This document shows, piece after piece, positions 50,010 to 59,889 of a stretch of DNA of 64,000 nucleotides. The DNA is from Deltaproteobacteria bacterium (lineage in GTDB: Bacteria; Myxococcota_A; UBA9160; SMWR01), in NCBI GenBank assembly GCA_032128115.1, contig JAQBHB010000090.1:32001-96000 (forward strand), in the 5' to 3' direction. The notes under the pieces are model-generated. The model was not told the origin of the DNA. It worked only from the letters and a program-made list of their open reading frames with translations, and did not search any database. Both the position numbers and the translations under genes were made by a program. Positions within the stretch are counted from its first letter, which is position 1, and each line of letters opens with the position of its first letter.

Positions 50010-52283
50010 GTGCCCATCATCGAGTCGACGCCCGAACTGGTTCAGGGTGTGTACGAAACACTCGCGCGCAACCTGGAGACGGTGCGCCGTCGTCTCGATC
50101 GACCGCTCACCTACGCGGAGAAGGTCTTTCTGGGTCACCTGGCCGATCCCGAGGGCGTACGGCTCGACCCGGGTCGCAGCTACGTGGGCGTGCGCCCCGA
50201 CCGGGTGGCCATGCAGGACGCTACCGCCCAGATGGCGTTGCTCCAGTTCATGTTGGCCGGCAAGAACGAAACCGCGGTTCCCACCACCGTTCACTGCGAC
50301 CACCTGATCCAGGCCTACGTGGGTGCCGCGGCCGACATGAAGGTGGCGCAACAAACCAACCGCGAGGTGTACGAGTACCTGCGCGCGGCGTCTGCGCGCT
50401 ACGGGATCGGCTTCTGGGGCCCCGGCGCGGGCATCATCCACCAGGTGGTGCTGGAGAACTACGCCTTTCCCGGCGGCATGATGATCGGAACGGATTCGCA
50501 CACGCCCAATGCCGGGGGCCTCGGCATGTTCGCGTGCGGGGTCGGGGGCGCCGACGCCGTGGACGTGATGGCCGGCTTCCCATGGGAGGTGCTGCAGCCG
50601 AAGCTGGTGGGCGTGCACCTGACGGGTGCGCTCAACGGCTGGACGGCGCCCAAGGACGTGATCCTCAAGGTCTGTGAGATCCTGACGGTGAAGGGCGGAA
50701 CCAATCGCGTCATCGAGTATTTTGGCCCCGGAACCCGATCGATCAGCTGTACCGGCAAGGGAACGATCACCAACATGGGAGCCGAGCTCGGCGCCACCAC
50801 CTCGGTCTTCCCGTACGACGAGCGCATGGCTTTGTACCTCAAGGCGACCCGCCGCGAGGAGATCGCCGACCTGGCCACCGCGCACGAGGAGATGCTGCGC
50901 GCCGATCCGGAGGTGGAGGCGGATCCTGCGCACTTCTTCGACGTGGTGATCGAGATCGATCTGACGTCGCTCGAGCCCCACGTGGTGGGCCCCCATTCAC
51001 CCGACCTGGCCCGGACCGTGTCGCGCATGGCCGCGGACGCGGCCGAGAACGGCTACCCGGAGCGGCTGTCGTCGGCATTGATCGGGAGCTGCACCAACTC
51101 TTCGTACGAGGACCTGGAGCGCGCGGCAGACGTGGCACGCCAGGCCAGCCGCCACGGCATCCGCGCCAGAACGAAATTGTGGGTCACCCCGGGCTCCGAA
51201 CAGATCCACCGCACCATCAAGCGGGATGGCCAGATGCGCGACTTCGAGGAGATCGGCGGGGTGGTGCTGGCCAACGCCTGCGGCCCCTGCATCGGGCAGT
51301 GGAAGCGCGACGACATCAAGTCCGGCGACGACAACTCGATCATCAGCTCCTACAACCGCAACTTCCGGCGCCGCAACGACGGCAACGCCGCCACCCAGTC
51401 GTTCATCGCCAGCCCCGAGGTGGTGGTGGCGTTCGCGCTGGCGGGCAGGCTCTCGTTCAACCCGCTGTGCGACGAGCTGGAGGGTGAGGGCGGCACACGC
51501 TTCCGGCTGGAGCCGCCGGCGCCCGCCCCGGAGGTGCCCCGCGAGGGCTTCGTGCACTGCAGCGAGGGCTATCAGGCACCGCCGGCCGACGGCTCGGCGA
51601 TCCGCGTCCAGGTATCGCCCGAGAGCGAGCGCCTGCAGCTGCTCACGCCATTCGCGGCGTGGGACGGCCGGGATTTCGAGCGTCTCCCGTTGCTCCTCAA
51701 GGCCCGTGGGAAGTGCACCACGGACCACATCTCGCCGGCGGGTCCCTGGCTGCGCTACCGGGGTCACCTGGATCGCATCAGCGACAACATGTTCACCGGC
51801 GCCGTGAATGCCTTCACCGACAAGGCCGGGGAGGGCCTCGACCAGCTCTCGGGCGAGGGGGGCCGGGGCTTTTCGGCCATCGCGCGTCACTACCTGGCCG
51901 AGGGGTTGCGCTGGATGGTGGTGGGAGACGAGAACTACGGCGAGGGATCGAGCCGCGAGCACGCCGCCATGTCGCCGCGATTGTTGGGGTGCGCGGCGGT
52001 TCTGGCGCGGAGCTTGCCCCGCATCCACGAGGCGAATCTGAAAAAGCAGGGGGTGCTGCCCCTCACCTTCGCCGACCCGGCCGACTTTGAGAAAGTTCGC
52101 GAGACCGACCGCGTGAGCGTTACGGGTCTGTCCGAGCTGGCGCCGGGGCGCGAGGTCGGCGTGATCTTCCACCACGACGACGGGAGCGAGGACGCAGTGA
52201 GTGCCCGCCACTCGTTGAACGACGAACAGATCACCTGGTTCCGCGCCGGCTCGGCACTCAATCTGCTGCGAGCTTCGCGCTGA
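50010..52283 (+). CDS. Aconitate hydratase (mitochondrial-like type)
   Basis: DRVAMQDATAQMA, VHCDHLI, GIIHQ, GTDSHT, IGSCTNSSYED, NACGPCIGQW, TTDHIS, NYGEGSSREHAA. Confidence 0.97.
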   Translation: MPIIESTPELVQGVYETLARNLETVRRRLDRPLTYAEKVFLGHLADPEGVRLDPGRSYVGVRPDRVAMQDATAQMALLQFMLAGKNETAVPTTVHCDHLIQAYVGAAADMKVAQQTNREVYEYLRAASARYGIGFWGPGAGIIHQVVLENYAFPGGMMIGTDSHTPNAGGLGMFACGVGGADAVDVMAGFPWEVLQPKLVGVHLTGALNGWTAPKDVILKVCEILTVKGGTNRVIEYFGPGTRSISCTGKGTITNMGAELGATTSVFPYDERMALYLKATRREEIADLATAHEEMLRADPEVEADPAHFFDVVIEIDLTSLEPHVVGPHSPDLARTVSRMAADAAENGYPERLSSALIGSCTNSSYEDLERAADVARQASRHGIRARTKLWVTPGSEQIHRTIKRDGQMRDFEEIGGVVLANACGPCIGQWKRDDIKSGDDNSIISSYNRNFRRRNDGNAATQSFIASPEVVVAFALAGRLSFNPLCDELEGEGGTRFRLEPPAPAPEVPREGFVHCSEGYQAPPADGSAIRVQVSPESERLQLLTPFAAWDGRDFERLPLLLKARGKCTTDHISPAGPWLRYRGHLDRISDNMFTGAVNAFTDKAGEGLDQLSGEGGRGFSAIARHYLAEGLRWMVVGDENYGEGSSREHAAMSPRLLGCAAVLARSLPRIHEANLKKQGVLPLTFADPADFEKVRETDRVSVTGLSELAPGREVGVIFHHDDGSEDAVSARHSLNDEQITWFRAGSALNLLRASR

Positions 52284-53207
52284 TCAGCTCTTGTGGGGTG
52301 GATCGATCAACACGATCTGACCCGCCTCGCGCTTGCCCGAACGCACGGACGTGACCTCGATCAGCAGTTCGTCTCCCACCTCGTCGAGTACACCGTCCAG
52401 GGTGCGACCCAGCGCGTAGCGCGCCGGAATCCCCAGCCGACGCTGGGCGGCGAGATTCACAGCCAGCACCACCCCTCGCGGATCGGTGAGGATCACGCCC
52501 AACGGCAGCTGGTGGATCAGGTCGCGCTGCGAGATGGGCATCGCCTGCATCAGGCCGCCCGCGAAGACGGCGCTGCGCAGCGCCAGCAGGGCGGCGCCGA
52601 ACAGCAGCGGAGCCAGCAGGGGCGTCGCGGGCACGAGCCCCAGCGCCGGTGCCACCAGTCCTGCCAGTGGGACCAGGCTCGCGATTCCCGCAAGCAGCCG
52701 AAGATCCCAACGCCCGGTGTCGCGATCGCGAACTGCCGACGTCACCAGCACGCACGCTCCGGTGGCCACGAGCGCAGCCGAATAGACCAGGTTCACCCAC
52801 CACAACGGCCCGCTCACCGCCTGTCCGCTGGCATCCGGCGGCGACAAGAACAGGTGACTCCAGGGGCCGGCGTAGAGGAGCGCGTAGATCACCCCCTGTG
52901 GGGCCAGCAGCAGGCCCGCGAACCACGGGGCCCGGCGCGCCATGTCGAGCCGGGCCGCATGGGCCGACACACCCAGCCACAGGGGTGGCAGCGCCAGGGC
53001 ACCCAGGTAGGCGATACGTTGGCTCGCCAGGGTGCCCAGGAGTTCGCGCTCCGCGCACAGCTCGCCCACACACCACAGGGCGCTGGCCAGCGCCAACGGA
53101 ATGAAGGCGCGGCGGCCCGGCGTAGCGGTATCCCACTGCCAGGCGCCCAGGCATTGCCAGAGCGCCAGCAGGGCCAGCATTTCGAGGACGAGGCCAGAGA
53201 GCGTCAT
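52284..53207 (-). CDS. 7TM sensor (HisKA_7TM-like) plus PAS domain, no output domain
   Basis: About seven hydrophobic helices (ALW..GE, YLG...PPLW), then LP.GVILTD..G.V..VN.AA PAS pattern; stop directly after the PAS domain. Confidence 0.72.
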   Translation of the reverse strand: MTLSGLVLEMLALLALWQCLGAWQWDTATPGRRAFIPLALASALWCVGELCAERELLGTLASQRIAYLGALALPPLWLGVSAHAARLDMARRAPWFAGLLLAPQGVIYALLYAGPWSHLFLSPPDASGQAVSGPLWWVNLVYSAALVATGACVLVTSAVRDRDTGRWDLRLLAGIASLVPLAGLVAPALGLVPATPLLAPLLFGAALLALRSAVFAGGLMQAMPISQRDLIHQLPLGVILTDPRGVVLAVNLAAQRRLGIPARYALGRTLDGVLDEVGDELLIEVTSVRSGKREAGQIVLIDPPHKS

Positions 53208-53329
53208 CGCGGTCGACTCCAAAGTTCGTATCGACGCCGCCGCGGCCCGACTTGCGCAACAAATGGGAACGCGTTCCCGTTTCTGTCTCCCCGCCGCGGG
53301 ATCCCACCCGGGCGAGTAGAATTCGCCGC

Positions 53330-54259
53330 GTGCCGCCCCGGACTCTGGTGATCGTCAATCCCCGCAGCGGCGGGGGTGCCACCGGGAGGCGCTGGCTGGC
53401 CGTGGAGGCCCGGCTGCGTGAGGCGTTGGGGAGCGTCGAAGTGGAAACCACAAAGGGGCCCCGCGACGCCGGGCGCCTGGCCCGCGAAGGCGCTCGCGCG
53501 GGTGTCGAACGCCTGGTGGTGGCGGGCGGTGACGGGACGACCAGCGAGGTGGTCAACGGGTTGCTTGGCGCCGATCTGGCCCATCACGTGGACCTGGGGC
53601 TGCTGCCCCTGGGCACCGGCGGCGACTACAGCCGCAGCCTGGGCATCCCCCGTGACCTGGATGGCGCATTGCAGAGTCTGCTTGCGGGCGTGCCGCGTCG
53701 GGTCGACGCGGGACGGATCCACTATCGCGGACACGACGGCGAACAAGCCCGGTCATTCTTCGTGAACCTCACCAGCGCCGGGATCAGCGCCCTGGTGGTG
53801 AAACTCGTGAGCGAGTCCGGACGACCGCTGGGGGGTACGCTGGCCTACCTGACGGCCACCCTGCGTGCGCTCGCGAGCCACAGGCCGGCGCACGTCCGGG
53901 TGCGGGTGGACGGCGAGGACTTCTACCGGGGCCCACTCCTCTTGGGAGCAGTGGCCAACGGGCGCTACTTCGGGGGTGGTATGCAGATCGCGCCCGAGGC
54001 CCGGCCGGACGACGGTCTATTCGACGTGGTTCTGGCGGAGAACATCCCGCTGCGACGCCTGTTGAGCCAGTTCCACCTGCTCTATCGCGGGCGCCACCTG
54101 GAGGTGAAGGGCATTCACCACCGCCGGGGCCGCACGGTAGAGTTCGATGCCGAGCCCGGCGCCGCCGGCATCGAAGTGGATGGAGAGCCCCTGGGAGGTC
54201 TCCCCGCCCGGGTCGAAATCCTTCCCGGGGCCCTCCGCGTGCTGTGCCCCGCCGGGTGA
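53330..54259 (+). CDS. Diacylglycerol kinase family lipid kinase
   Basis: IVNPRSGGG, AGGDGTTSEVVNG, PLGTGGD, ANGRYFGGGM, DDGLFD, VDGE. Confidence 0.93.
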   Translation: MPPRTLVIVNPRSGGGATGRRWLAVEARLREALGSVEVETTKGPRDAGRLAREGARAGVERLVVAGGDGTTSEVVNGLLGADLAHHVDLGLLPLGTGGDYSRSLGIPRDLDGALQSLLAGVPRRVDAGRIHYRGHDGEQARSFFVNLTSAGISALVVKLVSESGRPLGGTLAYLTATLRALASHRPAHVRVRVDGEDFYRGPLLLGAVANGRYFGGGMQIAPEARPDDGLFDVVLAENIPLRRLLSQFHLLYRGRHLEVKGIHHRRGRTVEFDAEPGAAGIEVDGEPLGGLPARVEILPGALRVLCPAG

Positions 54260-54264
54260 GGCAG

Positions 54265-55230
54265 ATGGGCGTAGCCCTGCTCGACCGCATCCGCGACGCC
54301 TGTGCCCGGGTTGCCGCCCACGCCAGTCACATCCGTGTGGATGCGGCTGGCATCGAATCCCTGGCCCGGGATCTCGCTCGCACACCGGCCCCTCCGCCTC
54401 ACCTGGATCCTGCCCATCACCACGTCGGCGATGACGATGCGCGGCTGGCATACGTGGTGACCCTGGATGCCATCAACTTCGGATCCGGCTACTTCCCGTA
54501 TCTCGCGAAGAGACCCGGCATGTCCGGCTACTTCACGGTGGCCACCTGTCTGAGGGAACACTTCCGGGCGTCAGGGCCCTGGTCGGCTCGAGAGCTCGCG
54601 GATCTGACGCTGGAAGAGTGCGCGCGGGTCCTGGGTCAGGACACAGGGGTGCCGGAAGTGGCCGAGCTGGTGGGCCTCTACACCCGGGCTCTGAAGGACC
54701 TGGGGCGATTTCTGCTGGATGCGTACGGCGGACGCTTCGACGGACCCGTGCGCGAAGCGGCGGGCAGTGCCGAACGGCTGGTGGAGATCCTCGCCCGCAT
54801 GCCTTTCTATCGCGACGTGTCCCACTACGACGGCATCGAGGTGCCCTTCTACAAGCGGGCCCAGCTCACGGCCGCCGACCTGGCGGCCACCTTCGGCGGC
54901 GAGGGGCCGGGACGCTTCGACGACCTGCACCGGCTCACGATGTTTGCCGACAATCTGGTTCCCCACGTGATGCGACACGCGGGGGTGCTGGTCTACGCGC
55001 CGGAGCTGGCGGAGCGCATCGATGGCGAAGAGCCGCTCGCCGCCGGATCGCCCGAGGAGGTGGAAATCCGCGCCTGCGCCCTCCACGCACTCGAGTGCTG
55101 CGTCCATGCGATGCGAGCTCTGGGGGTTGCGACAACCGCGCATCAGCTCGACTACGCCCTGTGGAACCGCGGCCAGCTCCCCGCGATGAAGGCGCTGCCG
55201 CGCCACCGGGCGCGTTCGTTCTACTACTGA
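54265..55230 (+). CDS. Queuosine salvage N-glycosylase (DUF2419/Qng1 family)
   Basis: LDAINFGSG, GYFTVA, YRD, FYKRAQL..ADL, LTMFADNLVPHV, EVEIRA, LDY.LW.RG, HR.RSFYY. Confidence 0.88.
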   Translation: MGVALLDRIRDACARVAAHASHIRVDAAGIESLARDLARTPAPPPHLDPAHHHVGDDDARLAYVVTLDAINFGSGYFPYLAKRPGMSGYFTVATCLREHFRASGPWSARELADLTLEECARVLGQDTGVPEVAELVGLYTRALKDLGRFLLDAYGGRFDGPVREAAGSAERLVEILARMPFYRDVSHYDGIEVPFYKRAQLTAADLAATFGGEGPGRFDDLHRLTMFADNLVPHVMRHAGVLVYAPELAERIDGEEPLAAGSPEEVEIRACALHALECCVHAMRALGVATTAHQLDYALWNRGQLPAMKALPRHRARSFYY

Positions 55231-55754
55231 TGCCGAGGAAGAAGCCGTTGCTGGACAACACACTCCTGATCCTGGTGGCCGTGCTGGTGGTCCTCGCGGG
55301 CCTGGCCTGGCTGCGCGGCGGCAGCGAGCTGCTGCAGGAGGGCGTTCGCGGCGGCGGAGGTCTGCTGGTCCGCTTCGGCGCCGTGATCGTCGTGTCGTTC
55401 CTGGCCGCGGGCATCGCGCAGGTGCTGATTCCCCAGGAATGGGTGCGCGAAGCCCTGGGCGAGGGCTCGGGCCTGCGGGGCATCGTCATCGGGGCGGCCG
55501 CAGGCATCATCACGCCGTCGGGGCCGTTCGTGTCCATGCCCATTGCCGTGGTGTTGTTGCGATCGGGGGCGGAGACCGGACCCGTGGTGGCCTACCTCAC
55601 GGGATGGTCGCTGTTGGCGCTGCACCGCCTGATCGCCTGGGAGGCGCCCATCCTGGGTTGGAACTTCGCCCTGTTCCGCTGGGGGATCTGCCTGGCGCTT
55701 CCGTTGCTTGCCGGATTGCTGGCGCGGGCCCTGTCGCGGCTCTCAGTTCCCTGA
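55230..55754 (+). CDS. Small permease (DUF318/ArsP-like)
   Basis: TGATG overlap with the upstream gene; hydrophobic; W..LG..SGLRGI..G..AGIITPSGPFVSMPI, E..ILGW.F...R. Confidence 0.8.
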   Translation: MPRKKPLLDNTLLILVAVLVVLAGLAWLRGGSELLQEGVRGGGGLLVRFGAVIVVSFLAAGIAQVLIPQEWVREALGEGSGLRGIVIGAAAGIITPSGPFVSMPIAVVLLRSGAETGPVVAYLTGWSLLALHRLIAWEAPILGWNFALFRWGICLALPLLAGLLARALSRLSVP

Positions 55755-56993
55755 TTTCATCCGGGTGGTGGCGGTGATGGCGTCGGCGATGGAGAGCTTC
55801 GAGCGCTCCGACAGGTAGGGCGTGCGCAGGGCGTCGCGAGCCGCGTGCCGCACCGATTCCGGATCGAGATCCCGGGGCAGCGCCAGCACCAGCTGCGCGA
55901 TGCGGTCGCCGATGCGCAGCAGCGCCGGGCGCAGCTCGTCGTCTACTCCCGGGAGCTTCTCCGGCGGCTCGAACGCGATGTCCTGGACCGCGTTCCACTG
56001 CACTTCCTTGGCGGCCTCCATCTGGGCGCGGAAGAGAGCGCGGATCTCGGACGCGGGAGTCGGGGTCTCGCCCAGGTTCTCCGCGGCGGCACGCGCACTC
56101 GCCACGGCGGCATCCAGGACCGCCTCCTCGCGATCGGGCACTTCCAGGGGCATCCCCTCGCGGCGCTTGGCCGCCCCCAGCGTGGGCATCAGCGATAAGC
56201 GCTCGTCGATCGCCGCCAGCAGGGCGCCCAGAGGGGTGGCGAAACGCTCGCTGGATTTCGCCCCGAAGTATTCGAGCCGCAGGGAGGCCAGGGTTCCGTC
56301 GCGCTCCCGGGCCAGCAGCCACAGGTTCAGGCTCGTGGCCAGGCCCGTGCGGTCATTGCGCACCAGGTACGCCTTGCGGTCGCGGGTAAACGGGCCCATC
56401 ACCACCAGCTGCTCCGAGTCGCCCTTCCACAGCGGGACTTCCAGGGTGTCGGTGACGACGGCGTGCAGGTCCTCCTGGATCAGGGCCTGGCGCACGGCGT
56501 CGTTGCTGCGGATCGAGACCAGGGTGGCCCTCTTGAAACGATCCTGAGCGACCCGTTCCAGGTGGCCGCCCGCATTCACGCCGATCCGCACGTCCTGGCG
56601 GTCCACCTCGGCGATCGTCTTCCAACGCTCGGGTTGCCGAGCCAGCAACACCGCTCCGGTCTCGACCACCGGCACCGAGAAGCGGCCGGCCGTGGAGCGG
56701 TCCGGGCTTACGGTTACGCCCGACATGACCACGTCGAAGCGACCGCTGGAAAGTCCCGCAGTCAGATCCGGCCACCGGAAGACCACGAATTCGAGCGCCA
56801 ATCCCTTGTCCTTTGCAAAGGCGCGAGCCACTGCGATGTCGAAGCCGGTGAACTCGCCTTCCCCGGGACCGGCCGAGCTGAACGGGGAGTAATCCCCCGA
56901 GGTGCCCACTCGCAGCGTGCGCGGCTCGTCGGCGGCCAGGGGGACCGCGATGAGTGCCAGGAGCACCAGCGTGACGACCGTCCGCATGCGCAT
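55743..56993 (-). CDS. Exported cyclohexadienyl dehydratase (PheC-like SBP fold) - chorismate mutase (AroQ gamma-like) fusion
   Basis: Signal peptide; LRVGTSGDYSPFS, VNAGG, VTDTLE; C-terminal IDERLSLM..AK....E..RE..VL, FRAQMEAAKEVQ, LRPAL. Confidence 0.8.
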   Translation of the reverse strand: MRMRTVVTLVLLALIAVPLAADEPRTLRVGTSGDYSPFSSAGPGEGEFTGFDIAVARAFAKDKGLALEFVVFRWPDLTAGLSSGRFDVVMSGVTVSPDRSTAGRFSVPVVETGAVLLARQPERWKTIAEVDRQDVRIGVNAGGHLERVAQDRFKRATLVSIRSNDAVRQALIQEDLHAVVTDTLEVPLWKGDSEQLVVMGPFTRDRKAYLVRNDRTGLATSLNLWLLARERDGTLASLRLEYFGAKSSERFATPLGALLAAIDERLSLMPTLGAAKRREGMPLEVPDREEAVLDAAVASARAAAENLGETPTPASEIRALFRAQMEAAKEVQWNAVQDIAFEPPEKLPGVDDELRPALLRIGDRIAQLVLALPRDLDPESVRHAARDALRTPYLSERSKLSIADAITATTRMKSGN

Positions 56994-57024
56994 GCGGCGG
57001 GCAGGATAGCCTCGGGTCGCGGAT

Positions 57025-57053
57025 TTGACCGACCTCGTTCGATCTTCTAACCT
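57025..57053 (+). promoter_or_regulatory. Sigma70-type promoter of the cold-shock gene
   Basis: TTGACC-17 bp-TAACCT. Confidence 0.72.
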
Positions 57054-57169
57054 ACGGGGCTCATTACGTTTCTGGCGTTGCCGCGGCAGAAGCGTTCCCC
57101 GCGAATTCCGCTCCCGGCCGTGGAGCGGGCAAGTGTCCGGGCGAAGGCCCGCGGTGAGGTCCTGGTGCC

Positions 57170-57643
57170 ATGCTATCGATGGAAGACGTGGAACAAGGAG
57201 TTTCGGTCACCCACCGGAACACGGCCCTCCGCTACTCGGTGGTGGACGCAGGCGACGAAGAAGTGCTCCTGAGCCCCCAGTCCGATGGCATGGAGGACCT
57301 GGTGGTTCCCGTGAAGCTCTTCCGAGAGGAATTCGTCCTCAGCGATCGCTTCAGCATGGGCCGCCCGCGCCGCAGCGGGCGAGGTCGCAGTCGGGCCCGG
57401 CGCAGCGCGCCCATGGTTCCCAGCGGTCCCAAGGTGAAGGGAACGATCAAGAAGCTGGTGCGCGACCGCGGCTTCGGATTCGTGCGCGGGGACGATGGCA
57501 AGGAAGTGTTCTTCCACCGCTCCGGTCTCGGAGCCACGGACTACGACTCCCTTTCCGAAGGAGACGTGGTCGAATACGTGGTGCAAGAGGGACCGCGGGG
57601 CGCGCGTGCCGAGAACGTGCGCGCCGTCGCCGAGGCGATCTAG
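57170..57643 (+). CDS. Cold-shock domain protein with N-terminal extension
   Basis: KGTIKKL..RGFGFV (RNP1), VFFH (RNP2), L.EG..VEY...GPRG.RAENV. Confidence 0.9.
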   Translation: MLSMEDVEQGVSVTHRNTALRYSVVDAGDEEVLLSPQSDGMEDLVVPVKLFREEFVLSDRFSMGRPRRSGRGRSRARRSAPMVPSGPKVKGTIKKLVRDRGFGFVRGDDGKEVFFHRSGLGATDYDSLSEGDVVEYVVQEGPRGARAENVRAVAEAI

Positions 57644-57653
57644 GGGCCCGACG

Positions 57654-59300
57654 CTAGTCCTCGCGGTAGCGGTGGACGATGGGCAGGCGTCGCCCGGAGC
57701 CGAACGCCTTCGGTGAGGTCCGGAGCACCAGAGGCGCCTGCCGGCGCTTGTACTCGTTGCGGTCCAGGCGCGAGACCACGTCCCGCACCGTCTGCCGGGA
57801 GGCGCCGGTTGGCGGTTCGATGGTCCTGGCACCCAGCCCGCTTTCGACCGCACTCTCCAGGATGGCATCGAGCACGTCGTATTCCGGCAGATCGTCGCTG
57901 TCCAGCTGGTCGGGGGCCAGCTCGGCGGACGGGGGCTTGTCAAGCACGCTCTGGGGAATCCTTTCCCCCGCGGCGTTGGCGCGCCGCGCCAGGGCGTAGA
58001 CGTCGCGTTTGTAGACGTCGCCGAGCACCGCCAGGCCGCCCACCGTGTCGCCATAGAGCGTGCAGTAACCCACCGACAGCTCGCTCTTGTTGCCGGTGGC
58101 CAACACGAGTCGGCCCTCGGTATTCGCGATCGCCATCAGGATCGCGCCTCGGATGCGCGACTGGATGTTCTGTTGGGCGATGCCGTAGTCGTCGTGCTTC
58201 CCGAACAGATCCTGGAACACTCGCCGGTAGGCGTCGTAGATGGGCGTGATGTCCACGCGTCGCAGCGCCAGCCCCAGGTTTACGGCCAGGGCGCGGGCAT
58301 CGCGAAGGCTGTGGTCGGACGAGAACGGACCCGGCATGGCGACACCCACCACGCGATCGGGCCCCAGGGCCTCGGCCGCCAGATGGGCGGTGACGGCCGA
58401 GTCGATGCCGCCCGAGAGTCCCACCACCGCGCCCGGGGGCAGGTCCTGCTTCCGGAAGTAGTCGCGAATGCCGAGCACCAGACCCGCCTCCAGCTGGGCC
58501 ATCGGCTCGGGATCGCGAACCGACGCGAGATCCCTGGGCTCGGAGGTTTCAAGGTCGACGATCTCGAAGGCCGATTCGAACAGCGGCAGGGAGGCCAGCA
58601 CGCGACCGCGAGCATCCACCACGAAGGAGCCGCCGTCGAAGATCAGCTCGTCGTTGCCTCCCACCTGATTGACGAACACGATGGGAACCCCGTGGCGAGC
58701 CGCAAGCTCGGCGATCATCCGCCGCCGTTCCGCGGCCTTCGACACGTGCCACGGCGACGCCGAGAGGTTCACCACCACGTCCACGTTGGCCTGGGCCAGG
58801 TCGCTCACGGGATCTACCCCGTAGCCCAGCTCGCTGGCCCAGGCGTCTTCGCACACGGTGAGACCGATGGCGGGCCCATCGATGCCGAGCACCACGGGCT
58901 CACGGCTTTCGCCGCGACGGAAGTGGCGCTTCTCGTCGAAGACGTCGTAGGTCGGGAGCAGGGACTTGGCGCGGACCGCGACGCGTTTGCCCCCCCGCAG
59001 CAGCACGGCCGCGTTGTGGAGTCGGCGGGGCCGGGCTTCGTCCACCGGGATGGCGGCGCCCAGGGCGATGGCGACGCCCCGCGAGGCCGGCAGCAGCGCT
59101 TCCAGCTCCCGCAGCTGGTCTGAAACGAAACCGTCCCGCTCCAGCAGATCCATGGGCGGGTAGCCCGTGAGCACCAGCTCCGGCAGCACCAGCAGGTCGG
59201 CTCGTTCGCTCGTCGCCTTGGCGGCGGCCTCCTCTACCAGGCGCCGATTGCCGGGTAGGTCACCCACGGTGGGATTCACCTGTGCGATGGCCACGCGCAT
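57654..59300 (-). CDS. nadE: Glutamine-dependent NAD+ synthetase
   Basis: N-terminal nitrilase domain (PEL..GYPP.DL, K.LLP.Y.VFDE, VCED); GLSGGIDS, NIQSRIRG, TGNKSE, GYCTLYGD, PSAEL.P.Q.D. Confidence 0.97.
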   Translation of the reverse strand: MRVAIAQVNPTVGDLPGNRRLVEEAAAKATSERADLLVLPELVLTGYPPMDLLERDGFVSDQLRELEALLPASRGVAIALGAAIPVDEARPRRLHNAAVLLRGGKRVAVRAKSLLPTYDVFDEKRHFRRGESREPVVLGIDGPAIGLTVCEDAWASELGYGVDPVSDLAQANVDVVVNLSASPWHVSKAAERRRMIAELAARHGVPIVFVNQVGGNDELIFDGGSFVVDARGRVLASLPLFESAFEIVDLETSEPRDLASVRDPEPMAQLEAGLVLGIRDYFRKQDLPPGAVVGLSGGIDSAVTAHLAAEALGPDRVVGVAMPGPFSSDHSLRDARALAVNLGLALRRVDITPIYDAYRRVFQDLFGKHDDYGIAQQNIQSRIRGAILMAIANTEGRLVLATGNKSELSVGYCTLYGDTVGGLAVLGDVYKRDVYALARRANAAGERIPQSVLDKPPSAELAPDQLDSDDLPEYDVLDAILESAVESGLGARTIEPPTGASRQTVRDVVSRLDRNEYKRRQAPLVLRTSPKAFGSGRRLPIVHRYRED

Positions 59301-59354
59301 GGAGCCAAGATGGGCGGCGGCTCCCGCTCCGTCAAGACGAACGAGGGGGGGCGT

Positions 59355-59837
59355 TCAGGGCGCGTACACGTAGTTGACGCGAGCCGTGCAGGCTGCCTTC
59401 TCGCTCCCCTCCACCTCGAAGCGCAGGTCGAAGGCCACGCGCACCCGTCCGCCGCGCATGGCGCGGACACTTGCCACCACCGCCGACAGGCGCACCCGTG
59501 ATCCGGCGGTCACCGGTGCTGCGAGCCGCATCTTCTCGATCCCGGTATTGATCACCGTGTTCGAGCCGCCCACCTCCAGGATCTGCATCATCAGGGCCGG
59601 AGCCAGGGAAAGCGTCAGGTAGCCGTGGGCGATGGTCTGTTTCCAGGGGGATTCCCGACGCGCGCGCGCGACGTCGGTATGGATCCACTGGCGGTCCTCG
59701 GTGGCGCGGGCGAAGGTGTCGATCCGCTCCTGGTCCACGGTGATCCAGTCGCTGGTGCCAAGCCTCGTGCCCAGGAAGCGGGGAAACTCCTCCAGGCTCG
59801 GAATCACGGTCGGTGCGCGCTTGCTCGATTCGGTCAT
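59355..59837 (-). CDS. MaoC family dehydratase
   Basis: SDW..VDQ.RI..FA.AT.D.QWIH.D, TIAHGYLTLSL. Confidence 0.93.
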   Translation of the reverse strand: MTESSKRAPTVIPSLEEFPRFLGTRLGTSDWITVDQERIDTFARATEDRQWIHTDVARARRESPWKQTIAHGYLTLSLAPALMMQILEVGGSNTVINTGIEKMRLAAPVTAGSRVRLSAVVASVRAMRGGRVRVAFDLRFEVEGSEKAACTARVNYVYAP

Positions 59838-59889
59838 GGACGGGGTCCGTAGGATAGTTCACTGAATTGCGTTCGCCTGCGTGGGCAGC

